Assembly (NCBI GenBank): GCA_964247055.1 | Contig: OZ176052.1 | Span: forward strand, 8,680,001-8,744,000 | Origin: Paragordius varius | Lineage: Eukaryota; Animalia; Nematomorpha | Direction: 5' to 3' | Length of the DNA stretch: 64,000 bases | Part shown: piece after piece, positions 51,901 to 60,536 of the stretch | Layout: each line of letters opens with the position of its first letter | Position numbering within the stretch: the first letter of the stretch is position 1 | Position numbers and translations under genes: made by a program | The notes under the pieces: model-generated | Databases searched by the model: none | What the model was told of the DNA's origin: nothing | Seen by the model: the letters and a program-made list of their open reading frames with translations, nothing else

Positions 51901-53721
51901 TATAAGATTTTAAGCTATTTATAAATTGTAAATATCTCATAAAATGATAATGAATTTAAAGATCTCAAGATTCATCATTATTTTTTTCATTAATTTTCGC
52001 TTCGCCCAATTTCTATTTTCTCTCAATATTTTAAAAACTTGGTCGTAAACAAATAAAGAATTTTGCTACAAAAAAATTTGCTTAAGCTATCTCATTAAAA
52101 AAATGACCCTCTTTTTTGCGCTTGTAAGTAGGCATTACTAACGATGTATTTACATTAAACGAAAGAAATTAAGATGGTTTTAACTAATTTTAAGTTTGCC
52201 ATTATGCTAAAAAGTGACTTATCGTATTTCTTACGCAATTGTTAAATGATCTAATATGACATATTTTAGGGAAATCATCTGAGTGGACAGCGGCTATCCG
52301 CGATTACAATTACCGGCCCTTTAAGAAGATTAAACAGTGCCGCTCCGAGATTTTCGTTCCTTTCACCAAACCATTCTCATCTGCTTCATCCTTATCACAT
52401 TACAAACGATCCTGGTTATCTCTCGCCCCTAACACGAAGCGTCAAACCCTTTTCCCCAACAACAATTGCTACTTTGGTAGAGGGGAGAGCGGGGAATCAA
52501 TTCCACCCCACCAATCAGAAAACCCCAAAATACTTACCATGTCACCAAAACACAATTTCCACAACAGCGAAGGACATGATTCCAACTTCCGAGAAGAACA
52601 TAAAAAGTACAAAAATCAGTACTTCAATGGACTCTTACGAGGCTCCTCCTCAACAACAACGAATTGCAATGGCCCGGTCAGTCGGAAAGATGTCACATCA
52701 TCTCTTTCATCAACGGCGTTCAACGTCGGCCCTTCGAAATCGACAAGTCTTTTTTGGGCTAAACAGCACCCATCATCATGGCAAACACAATCTCCCTCAA
52801 AACCACTTGTCAAATACATTGATGATTTCCTCTGTTTACCCAAGCCAAAACACGTCAATGGATACTTATCAAAAGAAAAAAATGAGCTTGATATCAAAAA
52901 TAAAATCAGTTCCGACTCTGCAACACCTTTGGTGTTTGGCAGAGAAACGGCCGGGAAAGGTATTGAACCACAAACCACAAGTAATTATTCAAACCTCGGA
53001 GAAAATGGTCGAACTTCCGTTAAATTCATCACAAACGATCCAATGTCTCCCGAATGAGGCCGTTTACCTTCACTCAAATTATGATAATAAAATTGATAAC
53101 AGAGCAGTAACTAATCACCATAAAGGAGAAAAAAATTTAAACATTATTAATTATTCTGCTTTAAACAACACTATACCCAAACCAACCCTAAAAACCAGTG
53201 CAATATTAAATCGTGTTAGAAATCTTTTTTGCTTAAAAAGACAATTAAATAAATCCAATGATCAACAATTAAATACTTCTGCTAGCACCACCAATATTAT
53301 TATTGGTTTAAATAAGAATGATAACAATATTTTATGTAACTCAACCAATGGTACTGTTTCATCAAACACATCAGATGAAGAAAATAAACCAAAAAAATAC
53401 TCATTTAACAAAATAATCCATAATGCTGAAAATGTTTCAAATTCCTCGGCCCCCAATCGTTTTAATTGTTGGCTAAATTATCTAAATAATTCTGCCGTTC
53501 CTTTCTCAAACAACATACAAACGACACAACTTAGTGTAGGAAGTGAAAACAATTTTGTAAATTTTCAAGGGGCAAAGCTCATAGAATTTGCTCATAACAA
53601 AGGATATTATGTAGGCGAGGGTAAGGCTTATACTTATTACTCCCCCAAAAAGGGAAAAATGTTAACTCATAAAAGATCAAGTACCCAAACCTCTAATGAA
53701 ACCGAAGAAACTTTTATTTAA
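36632..53721 (+). CDS. Pdfr: Class B (secretin-family) GPCR, PDF-receptor type, with very long C-terminal tail
   Basis: Exons 36632-36776, 43846-43953, 46510-46664, 47283-47386, 48826-48988, 49064-49220, 49332-49395, 49565-49634, 49701-49786, 49978-50155, 50496-50553, 50722-50762 and 52270-53721 are all phase-compatible. Hormone-binding domain: CNATFDLVICWPPT...CPPLKG...RKCDFNGRW...GWTNYTMCF. 7TM motifs: RSLRNDRTKIHRNLFIAMIMQVLIRL, GIDNT-EILCE, YYWILEGPRLAVI, KAVKAAIVLLPLLGITN, FQGFFVSLIYCFCNHEV. The PDFR subtype call is from recalled motifs, not a phylogeny. Confidence 0.88.
38358..38640 (-). mobile_element. hAT-type MITE family C, copy 4 (in PDFR intron 1)
   Basis: Runs CAGGGGCGTCTAACACGCGACCC ... 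GCGGCCCGCGAAGCCATTTGTTTTGAACACCCCAG. TSD not recovered. Confidence 0.7.
38839..39111. mobile_element. TTAA-flanked (piggyBac-like) MITE, copy 2
   Basis: TTAA on both sides (38835-38838, 39112-39115). Matches 839-937 plus 1234-1410 and lacks the ~290-bp internal segment of copy 1. Confidence 0.75.
39946..39993. repeat. (TA)n microsatellite
   Basis: About 24 consecutive TA units. Confidence 0.95.
41030..41405. repeat. Minisatellite of ~20-bp units (aaaaaatgttgcgttt...) with an exact 80-bp higher-order repeat
   Basis: gttgcgtttggatgaaaaaatg recurs at 41066, 41146 and 41226. The flanking units are degenerate. Confidence 0.9.
46697..46865. mobile_element. Small MITE-like insertion in PDFR intron 3
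   Basis: GC-rich termini AGTGGCGTCGCTA ... AGCTACGCCTCTG form an imperfect inverted repeat. TSD not identified. Confidence 0.45.
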
Positions 53722-54231
53722 CACGTTTTGTTGTTAATATTATCTAGTCACAATCATAAAATTATCCGACATATGTGCATATAAATATTTTATTTTAATT
53801 GAACAAATTAAATTTATATTATATATTTTGACGATAAAAGACTGGTTTATATATCATCCGTACATAGAAATAAATGTAATATAACGAATATAATTTATTT
53901 AAAGTTGGTCGTGTGATTAATGATAAATCTAACACAAAAAGAGATATAATAAAATAAAATAGATTCTTGATATAATATTAAATTTAGACTGAAAATATAG
54001 AATCAATCACATTGAATATTTTGGTATGAGACCACATATAATTGGTAAAGTTAAATGCTATATCACTGTCACATATTATATCAATGCAAAATATTTTTTG
54101 ATATATTACAATAAAATCTCTAAAAAATGAATAATTTATAAATCGATGATAAAATAGGGATGAGATTCGGTGATTTTTCCACAAAAATTTGAGATTTTTC
54201 ACGAGCCTGAAGAAAGTCACTGAAAGATATT

Positions 54232-57200
54232 TCAATCCAAATTTTCTTTTCGCAAAAGTGTCATCATTGATGTTGATTCGGGAATTTCTGAAGTCACTTT
54301 CGAAAATCGAACATCATAAGTTTTGGCAGATTGCTCTGTCAAATTTATGCATTCTTGTTCCTCTGTAAAATCTATATTAATAAAAAAAATTAAAAATATT
54401 TATATCCAAAATAATATATTTAATTAACAGTTAAATGCAACGATCAAATTGAAGTCGTTTGTGATAAATTTGTACTTATAACATTGATGCACCGAAATAT
54501 AAAAAATAATAAAAATTGATATTACATATTTTATGGATAAACTTGTAGGTAAAAATTTAGCCAACATACATGTGTGCATTTGCTAACAAAAAATGTAAAA
54601 ACTATTTTTTATATTTAAATTAGCTGTGATCTTAAAAAAATTAACTTTAATAAGCGTTAATAAAAAAGGCGAGATTTGGCAGTCGTAAAAAAATGACTTC
54701 TTTAATATGAAGCTTTATTAATATTTTGGTTTATTATATAAATTTTATTAGGATAGAAGCCTGAATTTGAATTAGAACCGTTCCTTACAGTATTTTCTTT
54801 CAATTTAAATATGGTCTGGGGTTTTTAATTGCCCCAAAATTTGAAGTGCTAAAATAACTTTAAAATTAAGGATTTTCTGGTTCATTAATCTTTATATATG
54901 TATATTTTAGGTTTTTTGGCGTTTTTATATTTAAAAAAGTGTTTTTAATTTTATCCTATATAACATAAAAAAATATTCATGTACAACAATTAATAAAGTT
55001 AATAAAACATACCGTCAGTCTTGTTTTTATGTGATGGCGCATAAAATATAAGTATGGATAACACGTAAAGATTCCACATCCCATAAACGCCGGTGTAGAA
55101 TGCCGATGTGTACTGTAAATTAGGTAGTATGCCTATTAAGAAGATATATAAAATTTTGATGATTTAACATTATCGAAAATTAGCTGGTAAAATATACTTT
55201 TTATACTAGTTGCAAACTTAGCACATTTTTCTTGAAAATGTGGCATTATTGGGTTAGTACAATACAATAACTCTCATTGTTGGAACCAAATTTTTTTAAT
55301 ATAATATTGCTTAACACACAAAATATACCTTGAAATCAATGAATTTACATGAGTATAAGTATTATATACAGCCAATTAATTTTATGAATTATACACTTCT
55401 AAAAATGCACCAATCAATTCTCACATTATCTTTCAAAATTTTAGACAAGAGTTCATGAGTAATTTTGAAAGTTTAACTTTAATATTACAAATATCTAATA
55501 CAAAACAGTTTAATATGCTAATAATGTTATTCCTTATTTTAAAGTTAAAAACAGACTAAACATTTATATTAAATTTAATATTTTCTAAATAATTTTAGCA
55601 AAGATAATAACCTTTGTGGGCTCTATCATCATCAAGGTCAGTCCATTTCCAATGATTTTCACTAACGTGGCTTATGAGGAAATAACTGATTGTCATACCA
55701 GCACAAACGCAAGTAACACCCATCAAAAATTTAAAACGATAGATAATACCCTAAATTTTGAGGGGGAAAGAAAAAAGTTATATGTCTTGGAGTTAAATTA
55801 ATAAGATAGCAATAAGTAATTCATAAATAACATATGAGGGTTATTCAAAAAATATATACAGTATTATAAAAAAATATTTTTTTAACCTAGATTTACTAAT
55901 AAGACCTATTTTGTTTTAGGTTGCAAAATGAATAGAGATGTAAATTGGCAAAACCCACAATAACTTAAATTTTTTGTTTATTGTTTATCTATATCTTGCA
56001 AATCTAGATGAAAAACCACCATTAAAAGTGGAAAGGAGCGTATGACATATTATAAATTAAAAAAAATAATCGGAGAATATACTTATTAACGAAAAAACTT
56101 ACTTCATATTTGAGTTTAATGGTTTTATTCATGGCCGGGAGCATAAGTCGTTTACGAGAGATGTTTCTAAATACGCGATAAACCAAACTTCCCAACAATA
56201 TTATGTAGACAAATAGACATAACGAGGAAAGTGCCAGTATTGAAACAGCCAATTTATTTCCAGCCTCTGTCGACCAAATATTGAAAAATGGGTCCTGTAA
56301 TTCAACACCCCTAGGAATAAAATATCGTTGTTTTAAGAGTTTCAATTAAAAACTTGGAGTTATTTGATAATAATTATGGGTATTTTCATTTTTTAAGCAT
56401 CAAAACATGTATAAATTACTTTCAAAACTAATGTAAAGAAAGTTACATCATAAAATTTAAAACAATTGTTTTTAAAATGTTTGACAAATATATATATACC
56501 TTTCACAAACTTCAAATATGAATAAAACGACAGATCCAAATCCAACGCCACCCAAATAATGCCAATAAGCAGAGAGATGATTTCGTGGGACATCATCCTA
56601 AGAAGTTAATTAAAAATTTCATAAAAGCGAAATACATTTTATTTGACTTTATGCCACGTAAAATATTATTACAAGTGGATAAAACATCTTACTATTAAAT
56701 GTTCCCCACAAAATATGATCCAAAATATGAAAAGTGATGCATAGAATAAGCCTTGTCGAATATCGCTGTAGAATAACATGTAGGGCATATTGAACCACAA
56801 AGTGAACACATCTATTGGAACTAATCAAATTGATATAAAAATTAGTAGCGGAACGAATAAAATTGTAAAATAATGACTGAGAATTAAAAAATATTTCAAT
56901 ATATACTATTTAAAAAGGTCATAGATATTCCCAACATAAGGATAGTGTATTCCAATAATGAAATCCCAGTTTTAACATAATTTCGCGTAGATTGTAATTG
57001 TTGACCATTTTCTACAGAGAGAATAATTGGATTTTATAATACTGGGAATAATTTTAAATAAATAATCACAAAAATTGTACTATTAAAGAGGGGGTTTGAT
57101 TCGGAGTTAGTAACATTCTTGTTATTGTGCCCATTTGTAATGTGACTTTGGTCTTTATATGTGAATGTATCTTTGTTGCCTGGCTGATATTTTATTAGAA

Positions 57201-59376
57201 CTCGCCTCCAAAACCATATAGTAAAAGCCAGGATAATTGGAAACCAAATTATTTTCAAGCTAAACCAAATACGGGTAAATCCACCGTTTTGATGTATTTC
57301 CTAAACAAACATATAATAAAAATTAAAAAGTTAAAATTATTTATGTTTTTAACTGAGTGTTTATTCAATTTGCAGTAAACTTGGTATATATGTTTGACAC
57401 ATTTTAAGATATAAATGAAAAAATTCGACATAAATTTATGAACAGGAAGCGGAGACCCAACTTAATTTTTCTGATAAAGCCAAAAATGATGGCTAAAAAC
57501 TTATAACCAATTCTGATTACCTTTTAAAAAACTACTACCCTGTTTAACAACCTATAAAATGCCTACCGTTTCTATACATTTTTAAGGACATGTAATATAC
57601 CGATTTTATTTTATAACTGGTTCGACTCACCCATGTCAAAAACAAACCTAAAAGCAAATAAAAAATTACCACGAGCCATAAATCTTTGACTTTTCCCAAT
57701 CCTTTGTTAAGGCCCATAGATATGTTTGTGGGTAGTCGGAGATTTATGAGATAATAATCATGATAAACATTTCCCAATTCAAATAAGGGAATTGTGCTAC
57801 AATTGTAGTAGTACCCATCAATTTTCTATATGATATGGATAAACTGCTTTATTTTATAAAAGATATCAAAGTTATTACTCATTTAAATAATGCCCTTTTA
57901 AATTTGAAATGTCAAGTTTAATATTTAAAACCAAAACTGACTAATTATTTTTATCAACTTAGATATTATAAAAATGAATAGATATAATTCAATGATATTT
58001 TATATCATGTTGATATAAATATAGTCACAACAAAGTGTGAAAATTATCTTACATATTGTTACATTAAAAATACACTATAATTCTTAACAAAATGAATTTA
58101 TTTAGATAATTTAAAAGTACTATTAATATACCATTTCGTCATCTATGTGACAATTCAAAAGGCGATCTTGTACTGCATGAGCCATAAACTTCCATTTATT
58201 AGGCTGATCCCATTTATTACGATATCCTAGCTTACTTTCGATACGAATGTACTTGGATGCTATAAATAGAATGGATAAAAAAGGCTTCATAAAATAAATA
58301 ATACATTTATTGGATAACGAAACACATTTTTGACAATGCTCTTGTTGGTAAAACATAAATTGTATAATTTTACATAAATCAAATATTTACTCATTTCAAT
58401 ATGTTTCTTATATTCAATATCAATCATCAGTAAACCGAGCATTGAATTAAACCAGCGCGACATGTCCAAATCAAATCCATCTTTAGGCAAAGGGATCTAT
58501 CCAAAAACAAAATATAAATAAGTTTTTTTTATAAATAATATGGAGGGGTAAAACTGTTAAATACAAAAACCGATTTGATTTTTTTTATAATAATGTTTTT
58601 TTTTTCATTTTTAAGGAAAGGGATGATAAGCCGAAACGCGTATTTTAATAGTTATGAAGGCCGGTGATAAAAATCAAATAACTAATTTGATATTTTTTCA
58701 AATAGTTTTATACCGTTCCTTTTAATCTTTATAAACACCTTTATATTGTTGTAAATGCATTTTCAATTATAACATTCATTTTTTGTTTTATAACAGTATT
58801 AAATAAATATGGTTGACCAAATTCAACCTGGAAAACAAAGATAACATCATTGGCGTGCATATTGTGTTGTCGGGAAAAGGCATTTAATTCTTCTTCATCC
58901 ATGCTATTAAGGTCAAACGTGTAACAATTTGATTTCTCCATCGGTCTCAAAAATAAAAATTGGTCGGGTCCGGCATCAAAAATGTGATTTTGGTCAAAAC
59001 AGGTCGTAGCAAGTATTTGTTGGACGCTAGTGGGTGAAGGCGCTAAATTAAAATAATAGCTTAAATGTATGATTACTATAACCATTTCAAGATTATTTTT
59101 CAAAAATGTTTATTGTGGAGGAAAATATAGTAATTCGCTACACAAAAAGGCAAAATATAGGCAAAATAAAATATGAGAGTTCGGTTCATTACCTTTTTAA
59201 AAAATTGGTGTTTTAATCTAAAATATTCAATATTAATTTTATATATAAGTATAAAATCAATATTATATACCGATAAGTCCTCCGAGCAAAAAGCAAAGAA
59301 TTTGAAAACCGAATAAAATCAGGCAAATTATAATTAGCTTTTTGCCGCTTAATCGTTCCAATATAGTTCCAGCCAT
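54232..59376 (-). CDS. wls: Wntless / Evi / MIG-14 Wnt-secretion transporter
   Basis: Exons (minus): 59376-59271, 59042-58828, 58496-58391, 58259-58132, 57825-57670, 57300-57081, 57011-56907, 56820-56693, 56597-56500, 56310-56103, 55750-55612, 55132-55013, 54371-54232. Translation: [14 protein letters not shown]...[69 protein letters not shown]...[36 protein letters not shown], ...RKENLD*. Confidence 0.96.
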
Positions 59377-59466
59377 TAAAAAATTAAATTACACCCTACA
59401 CCATATAAAAATCATGTGTATTGCCTGGATTGTCATACATACATATTTCCCGCAAAATTTAAATTT
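59377..59466. promoter_or_regulatory. Putative 90-bp bidirectional promoter (wls / eco) with TATA-like and E2F+CHR-like motifs
   Basis: This is the whole interval between the two divergent ATGs. It holds TATAAAA (59404-59410) and TTTCCCGC-AAAA-TTTAAA (59446-59463). Function is inferred. Confidence 0.55.
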
Positions 59467-60276
59467 ATGAAATTGAGAAAAAGATTTAAAAATAAACAAC
59501 AGCTAATATTAGTATAATTAAGTTATATTTTTTAGGATTATGGCCAAAAAAATAATGGATATATTAAATGTAAGGAGTGCAATATGCTTTATGATGATAA
59601 ATCGCTGGATGACCAAAAATTGCACAAACAAATGCATAAAATCTACAACACTTCAATACCATATAAAGTATTTTTTACCATTTAATTAAGGCAATAAATA
59701 CTAATCGCATTCTCAAAGAATATTATGATGGTGTAATCACGTACCTGTGTCCATCGGATAAATTTTTTTCTAGTCCTAAAATACGGCAATTATTTATTTT
59801 ATTTGAACGGGAATTATCAACTTCGCAATCTCCGATAAAAGACAATATGAAAGTTGATTTAATAGTTTATCATAGCTTTTTTTATATGTCCATAATAATT
59901 ATATCATAGGATGCTGCGTATCTGAACCTCTTGAAACAGTATATTTATTTGTACTAAAAATAGGCCAACGAAATAGATAAAAGCCAATTAAATGCTAAAG
60001 ATTTTATAACAGCATCCGATCAATCGAAAATTGTTAGCGTGAAATGCGGTATAAATAAGATTTGGGTTCATTCAAACTATAGAAAACGGCAAATCGCCAC
60101 TAGACTTCTTGACACAATTTTGTAAGAAACTTTCTTTATATTAAAATTTTAGAATTAATTTTTATTACGGCAATATTTTGGATAAATGTGATCTTGCCTT
60201 CAGTTCTCCAACCGAGGATGGTTGGAATTTTATCAAGAAATATATGATGGATCAAGAAACAATCAAGATTTATTAA
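59467..60276 (+). CDS. eco: Eco1/ESCO cohesin acetyltransferase (PIP box, C2H2 zinc finger, GNAT domain), ~227 aa, five ultra-short introns
   Basis: Exons 59467-59511, 59536-59667, 59691-59852, 59876-59938, 59964-60121, 60153-60276. Spliced product: MKLRKRFKNKQQLILDYGQK...CKECNMLY...HKQMH...FLYVHNNYIIGCCVSEP...CGINKIWVHSNYRKRQIATRLLDTI...LAFSSPTEDG...IY*. This matches the ESCO motifs QLIIDAGQK, GCLIAEP, CGISRIWV and IAFSDPTPDG. Confidence 0.9.
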
Positions 60277-60536
60277 ATGCATTTATAACTTTTTATATCA
60301 ACATCACATTCACATTATTTATATTATTATATTTATGTATCATCATCAATCAATAAATGCAATCTTTATAATTTTTGCTTAATGTGGTGCGTTCTGGTGA
60401 ATCCCATTTATCGACTTGATCTGTATCGTCTGTTGTGCTTCCATACCCAGTTCCCTGAGAGGTCAAATTATAGTAGAGACTCTGATTGTAGCACCATCAA
60501 TTTGTTTAAGGTTTAAATTGTGTAAAAAATTTGCCT

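Noticed and set aside
52616-52978. Antisense ORFs over coding exons (also 15360-15626, 7792-7998, 7940-8134, 18757-18993, 20974-21159)
   Set aside because: They are shadows of the sense-strand codon usage, with no motifs or splice support.
59414-59431. Alternative first eco exon MCIAWI with a 104-nt intron
   Set aside because: It is phase-compatible but lacks the PIP-box Q-x-x-[IL]. The exon at 59467-59511 supplies KQQLIL directly before DYGQK and fits the family much better.
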